Assembly: GCA_030537155.1 (NCBI GenBank)
Contig: JAUNOH010000004.1
Location: forward strand, 30,932-94,931
From: Bacillota bacterium
GTDB taxonomy: Bacteria; Bacillota_I; Bacilli_A; RFN20; CAG-826
Length of the DNA stretch: 64,000 nt
Direction of reading: 5' to 3'
The translations under genes were made by a program, and so were the position numbers. Shown here piece after piece: positions 46,701 to 54,363 of this stretch (positions within the stretch are counted from its first letter, which is position 1; each line of letters begins with the position of its first letter). Below the pieces are notes generated by a model, which was not told where the DNA came from, ran no database searches, and saw nothing but the letters and a program-made list of their open reading frames with translations.

Positions 46701-46773
46701 CGTCGAGGGCCGAGTCGACCAGAGGAGAGAGGACACCTACATCGCCAACACCATCAGTGAGATAAAGCAATGA
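43726..46773 (+). CDS. dnaE: DNA polymerase III alpha subunit (DnaE type)
   Basis: PHP domain start (FAALHVYSGYSFLKSG) and a C-terminal OB fold. An alternative start at ATG 43744 (MDFAALHVYS...) fits family N-termini better. Neither start has an SD. Confidence 0.95.
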   Translation: MGYNWPMDFAALHVYSGYSFLKSGLTVDRIIACGRKNDFYGVGLSDFETMSGYPELFHKIGKSNLRPVYGLDVEIEGTLCSLFLDSEVGYRNLIEINLEASKGPVSLKFFLAHQAGVSLILPSEYSRLRQIYKNGEKEAASYLLSLSKDVENFYLGIPYLPNEPEFVSFLRGFVEKYPYQTVAFPHFLYAKKEDAIVLEIVRAIDEDRQLEVKEQTGNNYFLSQDELRGYYTAAEMHESKLFADRSRFQFIQKRGGLLHFPNPLGIPSGEYLRKLAFEGLEKKIPDYDKAYQDRLNYELKVIDEMGYSDYFLIVADYVGYAKTHGISVGPGRGSGAGSLVSYSLDIVSPDPIKHDLMFERFLNPERKSMPDIDVDFSDINRDKVVEYLIEKYGENKVSHIVTMQTIGAKQSLRDIGRVYGYETRVIDFITKTISNPNLSLRDDYRQSKPFRDLVDSDKYYLEIVGLASKIEGLPRHSGLHAAGIVLNDEPLDKAIPVKEEMGVGYVASYEMNYLEEQGFLKMDLLGLRNLTIVDKCLESMKENEGIELDYRDIPYDDKDAIALIRQGKTMGLFQLESPGMRRAIKDIEPESFDDVVALLALFRPGPMENIPSYGRRKKGLEKISYPSPELSGILSPTYGIIVYQEQITQIVRAMTGFSYGQADSFRRAISKKDALQLASLRDSFIAGAIEKGHTRQVAESVYSLIFRFASYGFNKSHAVGYAYLSCQMAYLKAHYPRHFYAAILEYGNNRYFQETITEVKKLGINLALPDINQAGASYRVEGDKLLFPLSGIKGIQNNFVLDLLDERDNHGKFLDIFDFSKRMKPFGLNIQILVRLIDAGCFDSLYPNRASLRASAGSAISYASMFSGSDNQASLLDFDIPKPILVEARGDKMVDLEAEKEALGLMISGSPLSLVGEALKDIDYVPLSELKEAGDRFQTVGAIKNIRTITTKNGKTMAFLGLYDDTGEADFTLWSEVYDECYSFLVKDRVVLVEGRVDQRREDTYIANTISEIKQ

Positions 46774-49376
46774 AGCAAAAGAGTATATACATCATCGACG
46801 GGAATTCACTTTTATTCCGAGCCTATTATGCGACGGCCTATGGGCCCAACCCCTCCATCATGCAGACGAAGGACGGGATACCCACCAACGCCATCTTCGC
46901 CTTCTCCAACATGCTGACGAAGCTATTGCAGACTTTTCATGGCGAGGAATCGATTTTCGTGGGCTTCGACACCGACTCCCACACCTTCCGCAAGGAGGAG
47001 TTTGAGCAATATAAGGCCAATAGGAAGCCGGCCCCCGAGGAATTGATAAAGCAGTTCCCAATATCGAGGGAATTATTGGATGCCCTGGGTATCGTCCATT
47101 ACGAGGAACACGGCATCGAGGCCGACGACATCTGCGGGACCATCGCCAAATTAGCCTCAAAAGAGGGCTATAAGGTCGAGGTCTACACCTCCGATAAGGA
47201 TTACCTGCAGCTGATTGATGAAAACGTCACCGTCAACCTCCTCAAGAGCGGTCTCTCCAATATGGAGAGGATGACGCCGGAAACCATGGTCGAGAAATGG
47301 GGCTTTGAGCCTTTGCAGATCATCGATTACAAGGGACTATGCGGGGATCCTAGCGATAACCTCCCCGGCATCCCGGGGATCGGGGATAAGACGGCGGCCA
47401 AGCTAATCAAGGAATACGGCAGCTTCCCCAAGATCATCGAGGCCTCGGAGACGATGGGCGGGAAGCTCGGCGAGAACATCCGGAACAACAAAGAGCTCGG
47501 CGAGGCCTGCTACCGGCTGGCCCGCATCAAAACCGATGCCGAGCTCCCCTTCTCGCTCGAGGACTTAGCCTACGATGGCTATGACTATGACAAAGTCTCG
47601 CACTTCGCCCAGAAATATGAGCTGAGGCAGCTTTTGCAGCGCCTCCCCATCTCCCTGAAGAAAGGCTCCCCCGAGGAAGAGGAAATCGAGGTGAAGAACA
47701 TCACCTCCTTCGCGGGGATTAAGCTAGGTGAAAAGATCTCCATCTCCCTCGACCTCGATAGCGAGGATTACCACGACGCGCCCATATATGGAATCGCCGT
47801 CTCCTCGGGCAAGGAAAACTATTACGAGGCCATCGACGACTTGAAGAAAGACGAAGCCATAAAGGCGGTTTTGGAAGATTCGAAAATCAAAAAGAACGTC
47901 TATGATGGCAAGATGTGCCTCGTCGGATTGAATAGATTGGGTATCGCCCTAAATGGGGTGAGCTTCGACCTCCTATTGGCGGCTTATCTATTGGATTCCT
48001 CCACCCGTAACGACCCGGTGAGCATCTTCTCCTCCCTCGGCGTCGATATCCGGGAGAAGGATGAGGGATTATCCCTATTCGAGACCGGGAACGCCAGGCA
48101 GTGCGGGAAGATCTCCCATTATTGCCTAAATCTGGAGGAGAAGGTTTTATCCTCCCTCCGCCAGGCCGATGCCTATCACCTATATGAGGAAATCGAGTTC
48201 CCGCTTTCCTTCGTCTTGGCCAAAATGGAGATCGAGGGTTTTCCCCTAGATGGCGATTTGCTTAGCCAAATCGGCCTCAATTTCCGGGAAAAGGTCAAAT
48301 CTCTGGAGAAGGAAATCCACGAGATGGCCGGCTACAAATTCAACATCTCCTCCCCCAAGCAGGTGGCGGAGCTCCTCTATAACAAGATGGGCCTAGACGG
48401 CGGGAGGGGCGGCTCTACTTCGGTCGACGCCTTGAATTCTTTGGCCAAGGATAACCCGATCGTCGCCAAGATCCTCGAATACCGTAAATACAGCAAACTG
48501 GTCGGGACCTACATCGATGGGCTGCTCCCCCACATCCATCAGGACGGAAAAATCCATACCATCTTCAACCAGGCCCAGACCACGACCGGGAGGCTATCCT
48601 CCTCTAACCCCAATATGCAGAATATCTCCACCAGGGACGAGGAGGGCAAAAGCATCAAGAAGGCCTTCTTCTACCCCAACGGGGAATATAAATTGCTCTC
48701 TTTGGATTATTCCCAGATTGAGCTCCGCATCTTGGCGGCATTAAGCCACTGCCAGTCCTATATCGACGTCTTCGCCGCAGGCCACGACGTCCATAGCGAG
48801 ACCGCCAAGAAGATTTTCAAAACCGAGGAGGTCACCCCCCTGATGAGGCGGAAGGCCAAGGCCGTCAACTTCGCCATAATCTACGGCACGACCGCCTATG
48901 GGCTCTCCGAGCAGATCGGCGATAGCCCGAGGGAGGCCAAAGCCATCATCGATAATTTCTATGAGGCCTACCCAGAGATCGGCAGATACCTTTCCTCCAT
49001 CATCGAGGAAGTTGAGCGGAAGGGCTTCGTCACCACGATGTTCGGGAGGAGGCGTTACCTCCGCGACATCACCGATAGCAACTACGCAAAACGAGAGGCC
49101 GCCAGGCGCCAGGCTTTAAACGCCCCGGTCCAGGGTTCGGCCGCCGATTTGATAAAGCTGGCCATGCTCCACATCGATAAATTCCTCGAGGAGGGCGGCT
49201 ATAAGACGAGGATGGTCCTCCAGATCCACGACGAACTCCTGTTTAAGGTTCCCAAGGAAGAGGAAGACGTCATCCCCGCCAAATTGAAGGAATTGATGGA
49301 AAACGCCATCAAGCTCCCGGTCAAGCTGACCGTCGAGGGGAGCTTGGGCAATAGCTGGTACGAGGCCAAGGATTAA
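46770..49376 (+). CDS. polA: DNA polymerase I
   Basis: 868 aa with an N-terminal 5'-nuclease and polymerase motifs A (DYSQIELRILA), B (RRKAKAVNFAIIYG) and C (QIHDELLF). Its ATGA overlaps the dnaE stop. Confidence 0.97.
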   Translation: MKQKSIYIIDGNSLLFRAYYATAYGPNPSIMQTKDGIPTNAIFAFSNMLTKLLQTFHGEESIFVGFDTDSHTFRKEEFEQYKANRKPAPEELIKQFPISRELLDALGIVHYEEHGIEADDICGTIAKLASKEGYKVEVYTSDKDYLQLIDENVTVNLLKSGLSNMERMTPETMVEKWGFEPLQIIDYKGLCGDPSDNLPGIPGIGDKTAAKLIKEYGSFPKIIEASETMGGKLGENIRNNKELGEACYRLARIKTDAELPFSLEDLAYDGYDYDKVSHFAQKYELRQLLQRLPISLKKGSPEEEEIEVKNITSFAGIKLGEKISISLDLDSEDYHDAPIYGIAVSSGKENYYEAIDDLKKDEAIKAVLEDSKIKKNVYDGKMCLVGLNRLGIALNGVSFDLLLAAYLLDSSTRNDPVSIFSSLGVDIREKDEGLSLFETGNARQCGKISHYCLNLEEKVLSSLRQADAYHLYEEIEFPLSFVLAKMEIEGFPLDGDLLSQIGLNFREKVKSLEKEIHEMAGYKFNISSPKQVAELLYNKMGLDGGRGGSTSVDALNSLAKDNPIVAKILEYRKYSKLVGTYIDGLLPHIHQDGKIHTIFNQAQTTTGRLSSSNPNMQNISTRDEEGKSIKKAFFYPNGEYKLLSLDYSQIELRILAALSHCQSYIDVFAAGHDVHSETAKKIFKTEEVTPLMRRKAKAVNFAIIYGTTAYGLSEQIGDSPREAKAIIDNFYEAYPEIGRYLSSIIEEVERKGFVTTMFGRRRYLRDITDSNYAKREAARRQALNAPVQGSAADLIKLAMLHIDKFLEEGGYKTRMVLQIHDELLFKVPKEEEDVIPAKLKELMENAIKLPVKLTVEGSLGNSWYEAKD

Positions 49377-49380
49377 GATT

Positions 49381-50742
49381 ATGCCGGAACTTCCAGAAGT
49401 AGAGACCGTCAGGCGCATCCTCTCCGAGGCCGTCGTGGGCAAAAAGATCAGATCGCTGGAGCTGCTCCGCGAGAAAAACGTGGTCACCGACCCCGTAATA
49501 TTTAAGAAGAACCTGCCAGGGAAAAGCATCGAATCCATCGATAGGATGGGGAAGTTTTTGCTATTCCGTTTAAGCGGAGAGCTCACCATGCTATCCCACC
49601 TCAGGATGGAGGGGAAATGGTTTGAGGATTCCTCAGGCAAACTGGCTAAGCACGATATTCTGAGGCTACATTTCGATGATGGGCATAGCCTCATCTATAA
49701 CGACGTCCGGAAGTTCGGCATCCTCGGCTTATATGAGAACGCCACGTTATTGAAGGAATCGCCCCTAAAGGAACTGGGGAAAGAACCATGGGATATCAGC
49801 CCCGAGGAACTTTATGCCGGGATCAAAAAGAAAAGGAACGCCCCCATCAAGGAGGCCTTGCTCGATCAGGGATTGATATCCGGATTGGGCAACATCTATG
49901 CGGACGAGACCTGCTTCGCCTGCCACTTAGATCCGAGGACCCCATGCAGCCTAATAACTAGCGAAGACTGCAAGAGGATAAAGGATGAAGTCTCCCGCAT
50001 CATGAAGGAGGCCATCATCGAGGGTGGCTCCACCATCAAAAGCTACCACCCGAAAGATGGCGTCTCCGGCAAAATGCAGAATCGCCTATTAGCCTATAAC
50101 CATAAGAACGAACCCTGTCCATATTGCGGCTTTAAAATGCATAAAATCACCGTGGGAGGCCGGGGAACGACTTATTGCCCCAAATGCCAGAAATCACGGC
50201 AAAACCCCTTTGTTTTGGCGGTTACAGGACCCATCCATTCCGGGAAGTCAATCGCCAGCAAATACTTCGAAGAGAAAGGCTATGTCCGCCTCGATTGCGA
50301 TGAGTTGATCGCCAAACTATATAAAGACGAGGAAACCCTCACGGCAATCAAGAAAGCCTTTGGAACGAATGATAAGAACAAGCTGAGGAAACTGATTGCC
50401 GGGGACGAAAAGAAAAATCAGGCTTTAAAAGACATACTATACCCGAGACTAAAAGCGTTATTGCTAAATGAACTTTCGAATATCGGATCAGGTAAAAACG
50501 TCGTTTTGGAAGTTCAGATTTTACCAGATTCCGGCCTCGAGGATTTAGTAGACGAGGTCATTCTCGTAGTCGCGGATGATAATGTAAGAAAGCAACGTCT
50601 AATAAATGAGGGAAAGGATGCGGATGGCTATATGAAGCTCAACGCTTCCTACCCCCTATCTAAGAGCAAAAACCTCGCTACTTATGTCATTGTAAATGAT
50701 GGCAATATCGATGATTTCAAAGCAAAATTAGACAATGTATAA
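49381..50742 (+). CDS. mutM: Fusion protein: formamidopyrimidine-DNA glycosylase (Fpg/MutM) plus dephospho-CoA kinase (CoaE)
   Basis: The N-terminus has PELPEVE and the zinc finger CPYCG...CPKCQ (about aa 1-270). The rest is a CoaE-like domain with P-loop TGPIHSGKS and VVLEVQILPDSGL...VILVVADDNVRKQRL. It is a single uninterrupted ORF. Confidence 0.85.
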   Translation: MPELPEVETVRRILSEAVVGKKIRSLELLREKNVVTDPVIFKKNLPGKSIESIDRMGKFLLFRLSGELTMLSHLRMEGKWFEDSSGKLAKHDILRLHFDDGHSLIYNDVRKFGILGLYENATLLKESPLKELGKEPWDISPEELYAGIKKKRNAPIKEALLDQGLISGLGNIYADETCFACHLDPRTPCSLITSEDCKRIKDEVSRIMKEAIIEGGSTIKSYHPKDGVSGKMQNRLLAYNHKNEPCPYCGFKMHKITVGGRGTTYCPKCQKSRQNPFVLAVTGPIHSGKSIASKYFEEKGYVRLDCDELIAKLYKDEETLTAIKKAFGTNDKNKLRKLIAGDEKKNQALKDILYPRLKALLLNELSNIGSGKNVVLEVQILPDSGLEDLVDEVILVVADDNVRKQRLINEGKDADGYMKLNASYPLSKSKNLATYVIVNDGNIDDFKAKLDNV

Positions 50743-50908
50743 ATACGGTTTAATTTATTCTAAACTTAGTTGGATCATCATTTTACTATCGGTTGATTTC
50801 ATAGAATGAATTTTAAATTTCGCCTTAAGAATTCCGTCTTTTCGTTTGCTTTCATTATTCGCGTTTGATTTTAATCGAATGCAGGAAAATTCTTCTTTGT
50901 GAACAAAG

Positions 50909-50934
50909 GCAAAAGAAAAAGGCCATGTGGCCTT
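50909..50934 (-). terminator. Intrinsic terminator of dnaI
   Basis: Minus strand AGGCC-ACAT-GGCCT followed by TTTTCTTTTGCC. Confidence 0.7.
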
Positions 50935-50948
50935 AATCTATTTATTTA

Positions 50949-51845
50949 TCAATCTACTTTCAGGCCTTCTAGAAGCGTTTCTTTGCTGCATTCGTTTTTT
51001 ATGAGGGTACACAGTTGCCTAGCACGTGGCGCATTGATCTTGGCCGAATACATCGAGTTGATCTCCTCAATGGTGAAATCGGAGGTAAACATCGTTTGCT
51101 TCCCCTCCCTGCTCCTCGAGGAGAGAATCGGATAAAGGACAGTGGAGAGGGCAAAGTCGCTTTTATACTCATCGCCAAAGCCATCAAGAACAAGCAAGGA
51201 AACGTTCTTCAGCTGTTCCATCTCAACGGCGTAACCCTTTTTGTCCACCACCGCATCATTCCTCAATTTGTCGATGATGGAGGCGGAATTGCAGAAGGCC
51301 ACCGTCTCACCTTGGTTGGCCAAACTATTCGCATAGGCGGCTAAGATATAGCTTTTTCCGGTTCCGAATTCCCCGGTTAGATACATCCATTTTCTCGGAT
51401 CGCCTTTTAGAAAGCCGCCCAACTTCATGACGATTGCGCTTCTTTTCTTGGTGAAGTTGACATCCTTCAGATTGGCTTCGAGCCAGGAATCCGGGAAATC
51501 GCGGAAAATGTAGTTTGCTTCGATGGAAAGCCTCTTCAATTCCCTCTTTCTCGGGGAGTAACGGACCTCGATATTGCCCCCTGTCCTGACAAGGCTCATC
51601 TCAAATTCCGGGCCGCCTTCAGGAAACGGGTCGGTGTCTTTACACTCTTTGAAGTTGATTTGGTAATCGATGAGAGCCGGAAGATTGTCCCTGACCTCCT
51701 TGTTGGTCAAGCCAAGCTTTTGGAGTTCGGCGTAAAAGGGGGCGTCCTTGCGGAATCCCTCAACGGCTTCCTCGATGGCCTTCTCCGGATCCTTGAATCC
51801 AAAGTTCGGCACCTCGATTTTCTTCAATCCCTCATCTTTTCCCAT
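50949..51845 (-). CDS. dnaI: Helicase loader DnaI (AAA+)
   Basis: Walker A LTGEFGTGKSY. The ATG at 51845 is coupled to the dnaB TGA stop. It follows dnaB as in Bacilli. Confidence 0.85.
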   Translation of the reverse strand: MGKDEGLKKIEVPNFGFKDPEKAIEEAVEGFRKDAPFYAELQKLGLTNKEVRDNLPALIDYQINFKECKDTDPFPEGGPEFEMSLVRTGGNIEVRYSPRKRELKRLSIEANYIFRDFPDSWLEANLKDVNFTKKRSAIVMKLGGFLKGDPRKWMYLTGEFGTGKSYILAAYANSLANQGETVAFCNSASIIDKLRNDAVVDKKGYAVEMEQLKNVSLLVLDGFGDEYKSDFALSTVLYPILSSRSREGKQTMFTSDFTIEEINSMYSAKINAPRARQLCTLIKNECSKETLLEGLKVD

Positions 51846-51847
51846 AA

Positions 51848-53122
51848 TCAATCATTATAGATGGAATCCAGCATCTTCCTAATCTCTTCCTCGCTGTATT
51901 CCTCTTCATCTTCACGCTTTTCCTCTTTTGGGGTCGGAACAGGTTTTTCGGTATAGGTTTTCTTATATCCGGTTTTGCCTTGCTTCCTTTTCTCGGCCCG
52001 GCGGACGGAGATCGAATTAAGGCTTTCCATGGCATCCCTGGCGTTATCGACGCCCTCACGGACCAAAGCCATGGACAACTTCTCGCAGGAAAGCGCGGAA
52101 AGGATGTTGTCGTTGGTGGCTAAAACATAGTCCACCACCGCGTTGATGACGGGCGAGGGCACGCCCAAATTCAACGAGAGGTTCTGGATGATGCGAAGAT
52201 CGCTCTCGGGTGGCCTCCTATTGCCGGATAACAACGTAAGCCAAGCCGTGGGCGTCATCTGATCCATCATCTTGATTTTAGTGGCTAAGGCCGAATCGCC
52301 AGAGACTTGGCTGGACCCCTTCTTGCCCCGCAGATAGGGGAAACGATAAGAGTCCTTAGCCAAGGAATCGAGTTTTTCCAAATCCAGGCGATGCCCGAAT
52401 TCGGCTTTGGGATCAAAGCTGGATACGGCCATCTCACCCAATGACTCGGGGGAGATACCATAGAGGTTAGCCAAACCGGCGATGTGTTTCCTCTCGGATT
52501 TTGAAAGGGACGACTCCTCGATGCCGTTTTTCTGAACAAAGGAATTGAACGCGGCGAAATCGAAATCGGTTTTGATCCGGCTCGAGCGTTCTGAGAGCAG
52601 TTTTTCCTCGCGGGGTTTATAGGCTGGGTCATCGAAATCGGGGCGGAAAACATTCTGGAAGGTGGCCGTCACCTCATCGAAACCAGAAAGGGCCTCGGGG
52701 GTCCTGTATTTCGAGACTATTTCCTCGTAATCGGCCTCCCCGATATATTTACGGAGCGTGCCGGAAAGAAGGACGTCAGAGGAAAAATCCTCTGGGGTCT
52801 TTGGCGGATATAGCTCATAGACGAAATAGCGGACGTTCTTCTCAGACTTAAGGAAGCTCCTCAATAGCCCGGCGCCTTCAAGGCTCTCCATGGCTTTATA
52901 GAGTTCCCCTGGCGAAAGCATGCTCTTAGTAAAGAGGTAGTCATGGCTTTTTAGGCTCCCGGCACCCAATGAGGTCGGGTCGTTTAGGAGCGTTAAATAG
53001 CAGCCTAGGCCACTGGCTCCGATGAGGGGTCCGTAGAAATCCGATAGATAGGAAAGGGAGGAGGATGAGTAGAGCCCCATCTTCCTGACTTCGTATAGAT
53101 CCTTGCCGGTCACGCTTTTCAT
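51848..53122 (-). CDS. dnaB: Replication initiation/membrane attachment protein DnaB (DnaD-like family)
   Basis: 424 aa. The call rests mainly on position directly upstream of dnaI, translational coupling to it, and length and architecture. There is no sharp motif. Confidence 0.6.
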   Translation of the reverse strand: MKSVTGKDLYEVRKMGLYSSSSLSYLSDFYGPLIGASGLGCYLTLLNDPTSLGAGSLKSHDYLFTKSMLSPGELYKAMESLEGAGLLRSFLKSEKNVRYFVYELYPPKTPEDFSSDVLLSGTLRKYIGEADYEEIVSKYRTPEALSGFDEVTATFQNVFRPDFDDPAYKPREEKLLSERSSRIKTDFDFAAFNSFVQKNGIEESSLSKSERKHIAGLANLYGISPESLGEMAVSSFDPKAEFGHRLDLEKLDSLAKDSYRFPYLRGKKGSSQVSGDSALATKIKMMDQMTPTAWLTLLSGNRRPPESDLRIIQNLSLNLGVPSPVINAVVDYVLATNDNILSALSCEKLSMALVREGVDNARDAMESLNSISVRRAEKRKQGKTGYKKTYTEKPVPTPKEEKREDEEEYSEEEIRKMLDSIYND

Positions 53123-53193
53123 GGCGTTGCTAATTTTACTAGCAATACCCCTTTAATCAATTAAAGTTTCGATGCCATCTTGCTTTTTGATGA

Positions 53194-53245
53194 TTTATCC
53201 ACAATAGAAAACTAGGCGTGGCGCGGGATTTTTGGTTTTTCCACA
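53194..53245 (+). promoter_or_regulatory. Two DnaA boxes
   Basis: TTATCCACA (53194-53202) is a perfect consensus and TTTTCCACA (53237-53245) has one mismatch. They share orientation, are 43 bp apart start to start, and lie in the dnaB/pfkA divergent intergenic region. Confidence 0.6.
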
Positions 53246-53374
53246 ATTTTATTAACATCCCCTTTGGGTACGCTACAAATGGTCTGAAAGTAGTTTCATT
53301 TCCCAGAACGCTTGAATTTTTATCAATTGCTTAATGAATGATATATAATCATTCTGACCCAAGAGGGACATTTT

Positions 53375-54346
53375 ATGAGCAAGAAAATTGGAATCCTCAC
53401 CTCCGGAGGCGATGCGCCGGGGATGAACGCGGCCATCAGGGCGATCACCCTGGCTGGCCTGAGGAACGGCTACGAAGTCGTTGGCATCTATGATGGATAT
53501 AAAGGAATCCTCGAGGAGAACTTCACCGAATTGACCGCCGAATCGGTCTTCGGCATCTTCTCTAAGGGAGGCACCATATTAGGAACCGCCAGGCTCCCCG
53601 AGTTCAAGGAACCCGACATACAGAAGCAGGCCGCCGAGATCTTAAAGAAGCATGGCATTGAGGCCTTATGCGTGATTGGTGGCGATGGCACCTATATGGG
53701 CGCCCAGGCGCTTTATAACCACGGCATCAACTGCATCGGTTTGCCGGGCACCATCGATAACGACATCTCCTCCACCGACTACACCATCGGCTTTGATACG
53801 GCCATGAACACCATCAACTGGTCGATGGATCACATCAGGGACACCACCCTCTCACATCAAAGATGTGCCATCGTCGAGATCATGGGCAACCACTGCCCCG
53901 ACCTCACCCTGATGAGTGGCATCGCCGAGGGCGCTGACATCATCGTCACCCCCACCCATAAGCTCACGTATAAGCAAATCATCAAAAAACTCAATAACCT
54001 CGCCGAGAAGCAGCATCGCCGCTTCGCCATCGTCTTGGTGGCGGAGAAGATGCCCGAGGTCAATGTCGACGACCTGAAGAAGATGGTCTCGGCCATGACC
54101 CCATTCGAGGCCAAATCCGAGGTTTTGGGCCGCATCCAGAGGGGCGGCGCGCCCTCTTCCTTCGATAGGCTATTAGCCTCCTCGATGGGCGCCTATGCCG
54201 TCCAGCAGATCGCCGCCGGGAAAGGCGGGATCGTCGTCAGCTGGCACCATAACCATCTATCCACCCTCCCCATCATGGAGGCCCTCTCCTTACCGCAGGA
54301 TCCGCACAAGGAGCTATTGGAAGTCGCCAACACCTTGATGCTGTAA
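53375..54346 (+). CDS. pfkA: ATP-dependent 6-phosphofructokinase
   Basis: 323 aa with TSGGDAPGMNA, GGDGT and PGTIDND motifs. Confidence 0.96.
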   Translation: MSKKIGILTSGGDAPGMNAAIRAITLAGLRNGYEVVGIYDGYKGILEENFTELTAESVFGIFSKGGTILGTARLPEFKEPDIQKQAAEILKKHGIEALCVIGGDGTYMGAQALYNHGINCIGLPGTIDNDISSTDYTIGFDTAMNTINWSMDHIRDTTLSHQRCAIVEIMGNHCPDLTLMSGIAEGADIIVTPTHKLTYKQIIKKLNNLAEKQHRRFAIVLVAEKMPEVNVDDLKKMVSAMTPFEAKSEVLGRIQRGGAPSSFDRLLASSMGAYAVQQIAAGKGGIVVSWHHNHLSTLPIMEALSLPQDPHKELLEVANTLML

Positions 54347-54363
54347 TCGGAAAGGGGAAACAA

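Noticed and set aside
50899-51135. 78-aa plus-strand ORF spanning the dnaI terminator and 3' end. Also the 63-aa ORF 61766-61957 inside the thrS T-box leader.
   Set aside because: The first overlaps a terminator hairpin and the dnaI coding region. The second lies within a structured riboswitch leader. Neither has an RBS.
53123-53374. Possible replication origin, given DnaA boxes plus AT-rich DNA next to dnaB-dnaI, with a second AT-rich spacer at 50743-50948.
   Set aside because: There are only two boxes, no dnaA/dnaN/rpmH context and no clustered multi-box array or clear DUE repeats. Transcriptional control by DnaA is the more conservative reading.
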